Below the pieces are notes generated by a model. That model worked only from the letters and a program-made list of their open reading frames with translations. It made no database searches and had not been told where the DNA came from. From positions 17,499 through 81,498 of the forward strand of contig CAJFKV010000003.1 in the NCBI GenBank assembly GCA_904387055.1: 64,000 nt of DNA. The letters are read 5' to 3'. The position numbers and the translations under genes are program-made. Of the stretch, positions 1-8,578 are shown one piece after another. This stretch comes from Candidatus Heteroruminococcus faecigallinarum. GTDB lineage: Bacteria > Bacillota > Clostridia > Oscillospirales > Ruminococcaceae. The stretch's first letter is position 1; the number at the start of each line of letters is the position of its first letter.

Positions 1-1003
1 TGTCCGACCGAAGGCCGATGGGCAGACGGGCCAGGTGGCTGTTGAGGGAAAGGTGGTAGGCGTCGTCCAGGGTATCCACCTCCACACAGAGAACGTCGCA
101 GCCGCTGTCCTCCGCCTGGAAAAAGTCCTCCGCCATGTCCACCCCGCAGGGGATGGGCTCGGAAAACTCCAGATTCTCGTCCAGATAAAAGACCTCGTCC
201 GGGTTGCAGAGGACAATGGTGTCCGACAAATCCACCTTCTCCACCTGGGGCAGGGTCTCGTTGAGGACGTCCCGAGCCTCCAGAATGTGGGCGGACCCGG
301 CGCCGTAGCCGCCCCCCACGATCTCGACCCCCAGCAGGGCGCTGCTGCGGCAGAGCTGGCCAAAGTCGGCAGGGGTGAGCACCTCCTCCCGTTCCTCGTC
401 CAGACAGTCGGGCAGGGCGATGAGGGGGATGGTGGCATAGGGGGCAATCTCCTCAAAGAGGGGGAGCATCTCGCCGGGAGAAAGAGGGCGGCTGAAGCCA
501 AAGCCGGAAGCACCCAGGGCTTGGAGGGAAAAGAAGGTGGGCAGGATGCTGTCCCCTTCCGACAGTTCCTCCCCCGAGTGGTGAAGGGCCACGGTGATCC
601 ACACCGGCAGGCCGGTGGCTCTGGCGCCCAGCAGGGCGGCCCGGGCCTCGGCCAGGGTGGGGAGGCTGTGGATGAGGATGACCTCGCAGCCGGCCGCCTT
701 GAGGGCGGTGGCCTGGGAGAGGTAGATGGAGATCATCTCCAGGAAGGTGGTCTCCCCAAAGGGCTCCAGCTGGAGGCCGGTGGGCGGAAGGCCCCCCACC
801 AAGGGAACCTGGGGACCGTATTTCCGGCGCACCTGGGAAATTTGGCGGGAGGACTGGGAGAGGATGCCGGCGGCAGCCGGCTGGCTGTTCTCGGGGATCT
901 CCACCAGCAGAGCGGGAAGGGCCCGGTCCTCCTGGTCAAAGGCGGACAAAACTTTGGCTTGGGACATATCCAGTACTACAACTGGCCTAGGTCGGTCGTC
1001 CAT
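1..1003 (-). CDS. homocysteine S-methyltransferase-like (Hcy-binding TIM-barrel fold) protein; the C-terminal part runs off the window start
   Basis: Absent from the ORF track because there is no stop in the window. Manual translation from ATG at 1003 (AAGGAGG 13 nt upstream) gives MDDRPRPVVVLDMSQAKVLSAF...LGASGFGFSRPLSPGEMLPLFEEIAPYATIPLIALPD...GVEIVGGGYGAGSAHILEARDVL. This is colinear with the MetH/BHMT Hcy-domain blocks. The + ORF 35..1048 is its antisense shadow. Confidence 0.5.
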   Translation of the reverse strand, partial: MDDRPRPVVVLDMSQAKVLSAFDQEDRALPALLVEIPENSQPAAAGILSQSSRQISQVRRKYGPQVPLVGGLPPTGLQLEPFGETTFLEMISIYLSQATALKAAGCEVILIHSLPTLAEARAALLGARATGLPVWITVALHHSGEELSEGDSILPTFFSLQALGASGFGFSRPLSPGEMLPLFEEIAPYATIPLIALPDCLDEEREEVLTPADFGQLCRSSALLGVEIVGGGYGAGSAHILEARDVLNETLPQVEKVDLSDTIVLCNPDEVFYLDENLEFSEPIPCGVDMAEDFFQAEDSGCDVLCVEVDTLDDAYHLSLNSHLARLPIGLRSD

Positions 1004-1059
1004 GGCTGGGATGGTTCCTCCTTGCAAAACCGCCGGCAGGGCGGGTGATCAACAACAGG

Positions 1060-2772
1060 CTACATACTATCGGGGCAGGAGACCTGGAGCATGCCCAGGG
1101 CGTTGGCCAGGACCGTCTTGACGGCCAGGCACAGGTTGAGGCGGGCCTGCATCAGGTGCTCGTCGTCACACCGGCAGGAGCAGGTGGTGTAGAACTTGTG
1201 GAACAGGTTGGCCAGGTCCACCAGATACTTGGTGATGGCGGCGGGGTCGTAGCGGCGGGCGCTGTCGATGATGGTGGCAGGCAGCTGCCCCAGCTGGCGG
1301 ATCAGGTTCCGCTCGTCGCCGGTGGTGAGAAGATCCAGCTCCTCCCTGGTGCAGGGACGGACGGCGACCCCGTCCTGTTCCATCCGCCGCAGGATGGAGC
1401 AGATCCGGGCATGGGCGTACTGGACGTAGTAGACCGGGTTTTGGGAGGTCTGCTGGGCAGCCAGGCCCAGGTCGAAGTCCAGGGTGGAATTGGGCTCCCG
1501 CAGGTTGAAGAAGAAGCGGGCGGCGTCCACCGGCACTTCCTCAAACAGATCGGCCAGGGAGATGGCCTTGCCGGTGCGCTTGCTCATCTTGACGGGGGTG
1601 CCGTCCTTCATCAGCCGCACCAGCTGCATCAGGACGATGTCCAGCTTGCTGCCGTCCAGGCCGATGGCGTCCATGGCGCCCTTCAGCCGGGCCACATGGC
1701 CGTGATGGTCGGCGCCCCAGACGTTGATGCACCGCTCAAAGCCCCGCACGGCAAATTTGTTGTAGTGGTAGGCGATGTCGGCGGCAAAATAGGTGGGAAC
1801 CCCGTTGGCCCGCACCAGAACCTCGTCCTTCTCGTCTCCAAACTGGGTGGCCTTGTACCAGACGGCCCCCTCCTTCTCGTAGGTGAGCCCCCGGTCGGCC
1901 AGGGTTTTCAGCACCTGGTTGATGGCGTCGGGATGGAGGGTGCTTTCCAAGAACCAGGTGTCGTAATGGATCCGGTACTTGGCCAGATCCGCCTTCATCT
2001 GGGCCAGATTCCGGGGAAGGGCAAAGTCCACCAGAGCCTGGCGGCGCTCCTCGGCCGGGGCGTTTACATACCGGTCCCCATATTCCTTGGAGAAGTTCTT
2101 CGCGTGGACCCGGATGTCATCCCCGTGATAGCCGTCCTCCGGGAAGGGGACCGCCTCCTCGCCCTGATAGAGCTGCAGGTAACGGGCCTCCAGGGAGAGG
2201 CCGAACTTGGCAATCTGGTTGCCGGCGTCGTTGACATAGAACTCCCGGGAAACCTGGTAGCCGGCCCAGTCCAGCACGGCGGCCAGGCAGTCGCCGATGG
2301 CGCCGCCCCGGGCGTTTCCCATGTGCATGGGGCCGGTGGGGTTGGCGGAGACAAATTCCACGTTGATCTTCTCGCCATGGCCGTAATCGGTGCGGCCGTA
2401 CTGGGCCCCCAGGGCAAGAATGCTCTCCACAATGGTGGAGAACCATCCGGCCCCTACAAAAAAGTTGATGAAGCCGGGGCCGGCCACCTCCACCCGCTGG
2501 AAGGGGGTCCCCTCCAGGTTCATCTGCTCACACAGGATCTGGGCAATCTGCCGGGGGGCCATGGAAAAGGCCTTGGCGCCGGCCATGGCGGCGTTGGTGG
2601 CAAAGTCGCCCTTGGTGGGATCGGCGGGGATCTCCACCACAAAGGCGGGCAGGGGGGCGTCCTTGAGGGCCCCGGCGGCAATGGCCCGGTGGAAGCCCTC
2701 CTCCACCAGCTGCCGCGCCTGGGAGTAGGCCTGGTTGATGCTGTCCTTAACAATGGTGCTCATAGAATCCAT
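1060..2772 (-). CDS. argS: arginine--tRNA ligase
   Basis: 570-aa ORF with the class I HMGN(ARGG) motif and KMSKRTGK. Alternative start at 2763 (MSTIV), which has better RBS spacing. Confidence 0.95.
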   Translation of the reverse strand: MDSMSTIVKDSINQAYSQARQLVEEGFHRAIAAGALKDAPLPAFVVEIPADPTKGDFATNAAMAGAKAFSMAPRQIAQILCEQMNLEGTPFQRVEVAGPGFINFFVGAGWFSTIVESILALGAQYGRTDYGHGEKINVEFVSANPTGPMHMGNARGGAIGDCLAAVLDWAGYQVSREFYVNDAGNQIAKFGLSLEARYLQLYQGEEAVPFPEDGYHGDDIRVHAKNFSKEYGDRYVNAPAEERRQALVDFALPRNLAQMKADLAKYRIHYDTWFLESTLHPDAINQVLKTLADRGLTYEKEGAVWYKATQFGDEKDEVLVRANGVPTYFAADIAYHYNKFAVRGFERCINVWGADHHGHVARLKGAMDAIGLDGSKLDIVLMQLVRLMKDGTPVKMSKRTGKAISLADLFEEVPVDAARFFFNLREPNSTLDFDLGLAAQQTSQNPVYYVQYAHARICSILRRMEQDGVAVRPCTREELDLLTTGDERNLIRQLGQLPATIIDSARRYDPAAITKYLVDLANLFHKFYTTCSCRCDDEHLMQARLNLCLAVKTVLANALGMLQVSCPDSM

Positions 2773-2794
2773 TCCTCTGCTTTCCTCTCTCGTT

Positions 2795-3238
2795 TTACAC
2801 CGGTTCCGGTGTCGTTCCGCATTCGGTGACCTGAATGCGGATTTCGTTTTCGCTGGTAAGGGTGGTATTGATATCCAGGGAATATTTGAAGGCCAGATCG
2901 CCCCCCTGGTCGGTGAGGGAGGAGACGATGGAGTCCCCGCTCACGCCGATGATGAGGGAATGGCCTCCTACCTGATAGTTGCACTGGTGGCGGACCCCAT
3001 TTTCCACGATCAGATGGGACTGGACCGACCCGGACCGGAGCATGGTGACCCGTTTGTCCTCCTCCACCTTCAGCACCGTGTGGGAGCCTTCAAAGCCGGT
3101 GACCTCCGACTCGTCGTACGCGATGTAATAGTGGCCGCCCCGGCGGTAGTAGCTGCCGGTGGTGAGCAGCTCCACCTGATCCTTTTCCCCATCCACCAGC
3201 TGGGTCCCCTTGATGGAGATTAACACTTCCTTTTTCAT
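2795..3238 (-). CDS. DUF1934 (YwiB-like) beta-barrel protein
   Basis: 147-aa ORF MKKEVLISIKGTQ...YYIAYDESE...; RBS AGGTGA. It sits in the classic position directly upstream of argS in Firmicutes. Confidence 0.8.
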   Translation of the reverse strand: MKKEVLISIKGTQLVDGEKDQVELLTTGSYYRRGGHYYIAYDESEVTGFEGSHTVLKVEEDKRVTMLRSGSVQSHLIVENGVRHQCNYQVGGHSLIIGVSGDSIVSSLTDQGGDLAFKYSLDINTTLTSENEIRIQVTECGTTPEPV

Positions 3239-3255
3239 TCCATCACCTGCGTCGT

Positions 3256-4071
3256 TTAGATCCGGTCGATGTCCACTTGGCTTACCTGTTGGGAGATGGC
3301 TTCCCCCAAGAAGAACTCCGCCGTCTTGATAAAGCCGTCCACCTGGTCGCTGACATAGAAATCGAAGCTCCCTCCGCTGCTCTGGCTGTTCAGCAGGTTG
3401 TGGGAGGCCAGATACCCCCGCACATACCGGGCCACCTCGGAGCCGGAATCCACCAAGGTCACCTGGTAGTCCAGATAGGCGTTGATGACGTCGTAGAGGA
3501 GGGGATAGTGGGTGCAGCCCAGGACCAGGGTATCGATGCCCGCTTCCTTGAGGGGGGCCAGGTACATGGCCACCGCCTCCCTGGCGATGGGATTGTCCGG
3601 CTGGACCAGCCCTGCCTCCACAATGGGAACCAGCAGGGGGCAGGCGTTTCCGAAGACCTGTGCCTCCGGCCGGATGCCCCGGATGATCCGCCCGAATTCC
3701 CCGCTGCGGATGGTGGCCTGGGTGCCGATGACCCCGATCTTGCCGCCGGAGGAGAGCACGCAGGCAGCCTGGGCGGCCGGGACCAGCACCCCGGTATAGG
3801 GGACGTTGACCTGAAAACCGGGGGTGACGTTCAGCATGGAGCTGACCGTCCCGCAGGCCACCACGATCATCTTCACGTCAAAGGTTTGCAGGAAGCGGAT
3901 GTCCTGGTCCGCGTACTTGATGATCGTTTCCCGGCTGCGGGTGCCGTAGGGAATCCGGCCGGTGTCACCAAAATAGACGATATCCTCCCCCGGCAGAAGG
4001 CGGCGCAGAGCCTTCACCGCGGTGAGGCCTCCCAGGCCGGAGTCAAAAACGCCGATTGGCCGATTATCCAT
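3256..4071 (-). CDS. murI: glutamate racemase
   Basis: Internal start MDNRPIGVFDSGLGGLT...VVACGTVSS...LGCTHYPLL within track ORF 3256..4551. The upstream 160 codons are Arg/Gly junk overlapping ddl. Confidence 0.92.
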   Translation of the reverse strand: MDNRPIGVFDSGLGGLTAVKALRRLLPGEDIVYFGDTGRIPYGTRSRETIIKYADQDIRFLQTFDVKMIVVACGTVSSMLNVTPGFQVNVPYTGVLVPAAQAACVLSSGGKIGVIGTQATIRSGEFGRIIRGIRPEAQVFGNACPLLVPIVEAGLVQPDNPIAREAVAMYLAPLKEAGIDTLVLGCTHYPLLYDVINAYLDYQVTLVDSGSEVARYVRGYLASHNLLNSQSSGGSFDFYVSDQVDGFIKTAEFFLGEAISQQVSQVDIDRI

Positions 4072-4145
4072 GGAACAACCCTTTCTCCGCCGGCAGAATT
4101 TCCACCCGCAGCCCCTTCCCGGCGGCAGAAGGCCTGCGAACGGGA

Positions 4146-5216
4146 TTACCCTTCCAGGGCCAGGTCGATCAGCTTCTCCACCAGGCCGGGATAGTCGTAT
4201 CCCGAGGCCAAAAACAGCTTGGGGTACATGCTGATGTTGGTAAAGCCGGGCAGGGTGTTGATCTCGTTGAGAACCACGCCCCGGCCGTCCTCCGCCCCGT
4301 CGCAGACGAAGAAGTCCACCCGGGCAAGGCCCCGGCAGCCCAGCGCCCGGTAGGCCTTTACCGCCAGTGCCCGCACCCGCTCGGCGGCCGCCTGGGGAAT
4401 CCGGGCGGGGATGTACAGCTGGGCCGAGTCGTTGAGGTATTTGCCCTCGTAGTCGTAGAAGCCGGAGGCGGCGATCTCGCCCACCAGGTCGGAGGCGACC
4501 GGCTGGCCGTTGCCCATGACGGCGCACTCCACCTCCTGACCCTTGATGCACTCCTCGATGAGGACCCGGCTGTCAAAGCGGAGAGCGTCCCGCACCGCCT
4601 CCTCCAGCTGGGCGGGCTCGGTCACCTTGTGAACCCCCACCGACGACCCGGCGCAGACCGGCTTGACGAACATGGGATACCCCAGGGCGCTTGCCGCCTG
4701 CTCCTCCACCAGATCGATCCGGTCCAGGTCCTGGGCGGTTACCTCCATCCACCGGGCATTGGGAATGCCGGCCGCGGTAAAGAGGGTTTTGGCGATGGCC
4801 TTGTCCATGCAGTTGGCACTGGCGGTTACGCCGCAGCCCACATAGGGGATGCCGGCCATCTCCAGCAGGCCCTGGATGGTGCCGTCCTCCCCGTTGCGGC
4901 CGTGAAGGACGGGAAACACCACATCCAGCCGCACCGGACGGACCCCGCTCTCTTCCAGCAGGAGCACCCCGTGGGTGCCGGCATCGGGGGAAATGAGGGC
5001 GGGGGTCAGCCGGTCGCTGTGCTCCCAGCTGCCGTCCTCCACCCCTTCCACCGGCCCGTCGTAGCAGAACCAGCGGCCGTCCTTGGTGATGCCCAGCATC
5101 ATCAGGTCGAACCGGTCCTGGGGGACGCTGCGGAGGATGGAGGCCGCGCTCCACTGGGAGACCTCGTGCTCGCTGGAAGCGCCGCCGAAGACAACGGCCA
5201 GTTTGGATCTATTCAA
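4146..5216 (-). CDS. ddl: D-alanine--D-alanine ligase
   Basis: 356 aa. KLAVVFGGASSEHEVS, ATP-grasp blocks and the C-terminal EINTLPGFT motif. TTG start. Confidence 0.93.
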   Translation of the reverse strand: MNRSKLAVVFGGASSEHEVSQWSAASILRSVPQDRFDLMMLGITKDGRWFCYDGPVEGVEDGSWEHSDRLTPALISPDAGTHGVLLLEESGVRPVRLDVVFPVLHGRNGEDGTIQGLLEMAGIPYVGCGVTASANCMDKAIAKTLFTAAGIPNARWMEVTAQDLDRIDLVEEQAASALGYPMFVKPVCAGSSVGVHKVTEPAQLEEAVRDALRFDSRVLIEECIKGQEVECAVMGNGQPVASDLVGEIAASGFYDYEGKYLNDSAQLYIPARIPQAAAERVRALAVKAYRALGCRGLARVDFFVCDGAEDGRGVVLNEINTLPGFTNISMYPKLFLASGYDYPGLVEKLIDLALEG

Positions 5217-5421
5217 AGTTGGTCACACTCCTTATAATCGGGCCGCCGGCGGCGGCCGGCCAGGGGAACAGGCATTCCCCCTCCCGTAACGGGATATCCT
5301 GCGCCGGGAACGACAAAGAGACAGCTGGGCGCAATACCATTATATTTTATCATAAAGGGCGGATATGCGCAACAAGGCCGCCCCCCGCTTCCCCTGGAAA
5401 AAGGCGGTTTTTCCAGGGTTT

Positions 5422-5459
5422 TTACCGAAAACGGCCCGCGCCTTTCCGGGCGCGGGCCG
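5422..5459 (-). terminator. intrinsic terminator after upp
   Basis: GC hairpin with arms 5432-5442 and 5449-5459, followed by TTTT on the minus strand. Confidence 0.6.
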
Positions 5460-5476
5460 CTGGATGGGGGTAGGGG

Positions 5477-6106
5477 TCAATAGGTGCCGTAGATCCGGTC
5501 GCCGGCATCCCCCAGGCCGGGCAGGATGTACTTGTTCTCGTTGAGGCAGTCGTCCAGCGCGGCACAGTAGACCTGCACGTCCGGATGGGCCTTGGTGAGG
5601 GCTTCCAGCCCTTCGGGGGCGGCGATGATGCAGAGGAAGCGGATGTTCTTGCCCCCCTTGGCCTTGATCTGGCGGATGGCGTCCACCGCCGAGCCGCCGG
5701 TGGCCAGCATGGGATCCAGGACGAAGATGTCCCGCTCCTCAATATCGGCGGGGAGCTTGCAGTAGTACTCCACCGGCTGGTGGGTCTGGGGATCCCGGTA
5801 GAGGCCGATGTGGCCCACCCGGGCGCTGGGCACCAGGGTGAGGATTCCCTCCACCATCCCCATACCGGCCCGCAGAATGGGGACGATGGCCAGCTTCCGG
5901 CCGGCCAGCATCTTGCAGCGGGCAGGGGCCATGGGGGTTTCGACGGTGACCTCTTCCAGGGGAAGGTCCCGGGTGGCGTCGTAGCACATCAGGGTGGCCA
6001 GCTCGTTGATCAGCTCCCGGAACTCCTTGGAACCGGTGTTTTTGTCCCGCAGCACAGCCAGCTTGTGCTGCACCAAGGGATGATCCATGATGATGGGTTT
6101 GGGCAT
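5477..6106 (-). CDS. upp: uracil phosphoribosyltransferase
   Basis: 209 aa. [16 protein letters not shown]..., PRPP loop [12 protein letters not shown], and a C-terminal [10 protein letters not shown] motif. RBS AAGGAG. Confidence 0.95.
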   Translation of the reverse strand: MPKPIIMDHPLVQHKLAVLRDKNTGSKEFRELINELATLMCYDATRDLPLEEVTVETPMAPARCKMLAGRKLAIVPILRAGMGMVEGILTLVPSARVGHIGLYRDPQTHQPVEYYCKLPADIEERDIFVLDPMLATGGSAVDAIRQIKAKGGKNIRFLCIIAAPEGLEALTKAHPDVQVYCAALDDCLNENKYILPGLGDAGDRIYGTY

Positions 6107-6148
6107 ACGGAAAGACTCCTTTCTATTGCCGGCGCGGGAGAGGGGAGA

Positions 6149-6604
6149 CTACTCGGTGAGGGTCCCGTCCTCAATGGCGTCGATCATCTCCAAATACCGC
6201 AGATGGCGGCCGCCCTCAAAGGAGGCGTCCACAAAGGCATCCACAATGTCGTTGGCCAGACCGGGACCGACAATCTCCCAGCCCAGGCAGAGGGCGTTGC
6301 AGTTGCTCACCTGGCGGGCCAGGCGGGCGGTGCGGGTATCGGAACAGGCGGCGGGGTGGATTCCCTTCATCTTGCAGGCGGCGGACAGCACGCCGATGCC
6401 GGTGCCGCAGAAGAGGATCGCCAGGTCACACCGGCCGTCCTTCACGGCGTTGCCGCCGGCAAGGGCAGCCTTGGGGTAGTCCATCCGCTCCTCGGGGGTG
6501 TGGGTACCCAGGTCCTCGTAGGGGATTCCCCGCTCCTCCAGGTGGGCGCGGACGGCTTCCTTCAGGGCAAAAGCACCGTGATGGCAGGCGAGAGCAATTT
6601 TCAT
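6149..6604 (-). CDS. RpiB/LacA/LacB-family sugar-phosphate isomerase paralog with substituted active-site residues
   Basis: MKIALACHHGAF...FCGTGIG...ARQVSNCNALCLG...EGGRH. Start at 6604 (AAGGAG 9 nt upstream), not the track start 6613. Confidence 0.8.
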   Translation of the reverse strand: MKIALACHHGAFALKEAVRAHLEERGIPYEDLGTHTPEERMDYPKAALAGGNAVKDGRCDLAILFCGTGIGVLSAACKMKGIHPAACSDTRTARLARQVSNCNALCLGWEIVGPGLANDIVDAFVDASFEGGRHLRYLEMIDAIEDGTLTE

Positions 6605-6679
6605 CGGTAACATCTCCTTTTTGCATTGGTTGGCAGTGATAGAACCGGCTGCTGCCGGGGAAAGATGAACAACAGGGGG

Positions 6680-7135
6680 TTACTCGGTCAATTCTCCATC
6701 CTGGATGGCCATGATCTGGGCGACCCGGCGGGCGTGGCGTCCCCCCTCAAAGGAGGTGTCCAGAAAGGCGTCCACCAGCTCGTTGGCAAGGCCGGGTCCC
6801 AGCACCCGCCCGCCCAGGCAGAGGACGTTGGCGTCGTTGTGGAGGCGGGTATACCGGGCGGAATAGGTATCGGAGCAGCAGGCGGCCCGGATGCCCTTGA
6901 TCTTGTTGGCAGCCATGGACACGCCGATGCCGGTGCCGCAGCACAGGATGGCCATGGTGCAGCGGCCGTCGTTGATGGCGTTGCAGGCGTACAGGGAGGC
7001 GTAGGGGTAGTCCCGTTTTTCCTCGGCGGAATAGATGCCGAAGTCCTCGTAGGGGATCTCCCGCTCCTCCAGGTGGGCACGGATGGACTCCTTGAGCTGG
7101 AAGCCGCCGTGATCGCAGGAAAGGGCAATTTTCAT
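6680..7135 (-). CDS. rpiB: ribose-5-phosphate isomerase B
   Basis: MKIALSCDHGGF...CCGTGIG...RLHNDANVLCLG...EGGRH. Canonical RpiB motifs; RBS AAGGAG. Confidence 0.88.
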   Translation of the reverse strand: MKIALSCDHGGFQLKESIRAHLEEREIPYEDFGIYSAEEKRDYPYASLYACNAINDGRCTMAILCCGTGIGVSMAANKIKGIRAACCSDTYSARYTRLHNDANVLCLGGRVLGPGLANELVDAFLDTSFEGGRHARRVAQIMAIQDGELTE

Positions 7136-7158
7136 AGGGTATCAGGCTCCTTTTTTTG

Positions 7159-7890
7159 TTAACGGCCGGTGGCCGGATTGGTTGCTTGCTGGGCGGCCTG
7201 GCGGGCAAGAAGCTCCCGCTCGGCCTGGGGCAGCCGCAGGTAGACGGGGGCCAGCTCCCCGGCGGTGCACAGGCCCCCTGCCTCGGCCAGGGCCGCGGCG
7301 GCCATGGCCACCGACGAGGCCCGCTGATGGAGAAGATGGGCAGGGGCCACCCCCACATGGGGGCAGCCCTCCCCCAGGAAGGAACGGCAGAGGCGGGCCC
7401 CGTCTCCCACCAGGAGGGTGGGCTCCCGGCGGCGGGCCAGCTCTTCTCCCAACTGGGCAAGGGAGATGGCCTGGTCCTCCCACAGGCGGGTGAGCCGGCC
7501 TTCCCTGCAGGAGAAGAGGGCGGTGTACACCTGCTGGCAGCGGGCGTCCATCACCGGGCAGATGAGGCCGTCGTGGGCAAGAAGGTTGCAGGCAAGGCCC
7601 TCCAGGGTGGACACCGGGGCGCAGGGCTTGCCGGCGGCAAAGGCGAGGCCCTTGGCGGCGGCGATGCCGATCCGCAGGCCGGTGAAGGACCCCGGTCCCA
7701 CCGAAACGGCAAAACAGTCCGGCTGGGCAGGAGTCGTCTCGGTGCTCCGCAGCAGCTGGTCCACCAGGGGGAGAAGGGTCTGGCTGTGGGTAAGCCTGGT
7801 ATTGAGGAACTGCTCTCCCAACAGGTCCCCGTCCTTCCACAGGGCGGCCGAGGCGGCCCGGGAGGAGGAATCAACAGCCAAGATGATCAA
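7159..7890 (-). CDS. tsaB: tRNA t6A biosynthesis protein TsaB (YeaZ)
   Basis: TTG start giving (M)IILAVDSSSRAASAAL...VSVGPGSFTGLRIGIAAAKGLA. Overlaps the tsaE stop by 20 nt. The track ORF 7159..8325 is over-extended through tsaE. Confidence 0.85.
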   Translation of the reverse strand: MIILAVDSSSRAASAALWKDGDLLGEQFLNTRLTHSQTLLPLVDQLLRSTETTPAQPDCFAVSVGPGSFTGLRIGIAAAKGLAFAAGKPCAPVSTLEGLACNLLAHDGLICPVMDARCQQVYTALFSCREGRLTRLWEDQAISLAQLGEELARRREPTLLVGDGARLCRSFLGEGCPHVGVAPAHLLHQRASSVAMAAAALAEAGGLCTAGELAPVYLRLPQAERELLARQAAQQATNPATGR

Positions 7891-8392
7891 AGCGCTCGTC
7901 TCCTTCAATGGTAATGCGCCGGGTATCCTCCCCGGCCGGGTCAAAGGTGATGACGGTTGCCCCCTGGGGGAGGGCGCCGTCCATATTCTCGCTCCATTCC
8001 ACCGCCAGGATGGCGTCGCCCTCCAGATAGTCGAAAAAGCCGGTGGAGTACAGATCGTCAAACCCCCGGATCCGGAACATGTCAAAATGGCACAGGGAGA
8101 TCCCGTTGCCCCGGTACTCGTTGACCAGGGCGAAGGTGGGGCTGGAAACCACGTCCCCCAGGCCGAGGCCCTGGGCCAGGCCGGCGGTGAAGGTGGTCTT
8201 GCCGGCACCCATCCCCCCCCGATAGGCCAGCAGGTCCCCGGGGCGGAGGAGGGGGGCGATTTCCCGGGCCAGCTGCCGGGTTTCCTCGGGGGAATGGGTG
8301 ATCCGTGTGATCTGGGACAAAACATACACCGCCTTTTTCAAAAAGCCCGGGCAGAGAACCGGCCCTGCCGGGGGCCGCATGTCGGCCGGCAA
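7871..8392 (-). CDS. tsaE: tRNA t6A biosynthesis ATPase TsaE (YjeE)
   Basis: P-loop GGMGAGKTTF plus SPTFALVNEY and HFDMFRI. The true start is probably internal (GTG at 8329). Confidence 0.85.
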   Translation of the reverse strand: MPADMRPPAGPVLCPGFLKKAVYVLSQITRITHSPEETRQLAREIAPLLRPGDLLAYRGGMGAGKTTFTAGLAQGLGLGDVVSSPTFALVNEYRGNGISLCHFDMFRIRGFDDLYSTGFFDYLEGDAILAVEWSENMDGALPQGATVITFDPAGEDTRRITIEGDERFDHLGC

Positions 8393-8468
8393 GGGCCGCT
8401 GTAAGAACCATTATAGCATATTTCGCCCGGGTGTGACAATCGATTCTCCCTCTTCCGGGAGCGGATGG

Positions 8469-8497
8469 TTGAATTGGACATATTTTTGGGGTAAAAT
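8469..8497 (+). promoter_or_regulatory. sigma-A-type promoter for the SEDS gene
   Basis: TTGAAT (8469-8474), 17-nt spacer, TAAAAT (8492-8497). Confidence 0.5.
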
Positions 8498-8578
8498 GAG
8501 AAGCAATCCCCTGCCCGGGCGGCTGCCGCCTCCCGGCGGGGGGCCGATAACACCGTATTCTTGTGAAAGGAACAGCCT

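Noticed and set aside
35-1048. 337-aa plus-strand ORF at the window start
   Set aside because: It has Gly/Val/Leu-rich repetitive composition and no RBS. The opposite strand encodes a protein with recognisable Hcy-domain blocks starting at 1003.
4072-4551. N-terminal extension of the murI ORF. Similar over-extensions affect tsaB, the capD-like gene, the ytvI-like gene, the methyltransferase, valS and the XRE genes.
   Set aside because: The extensions are Arg/Gly junk overlapping upstream genes or leaders. Internal starts have proper RBS spacing and give family-typical N-termini.
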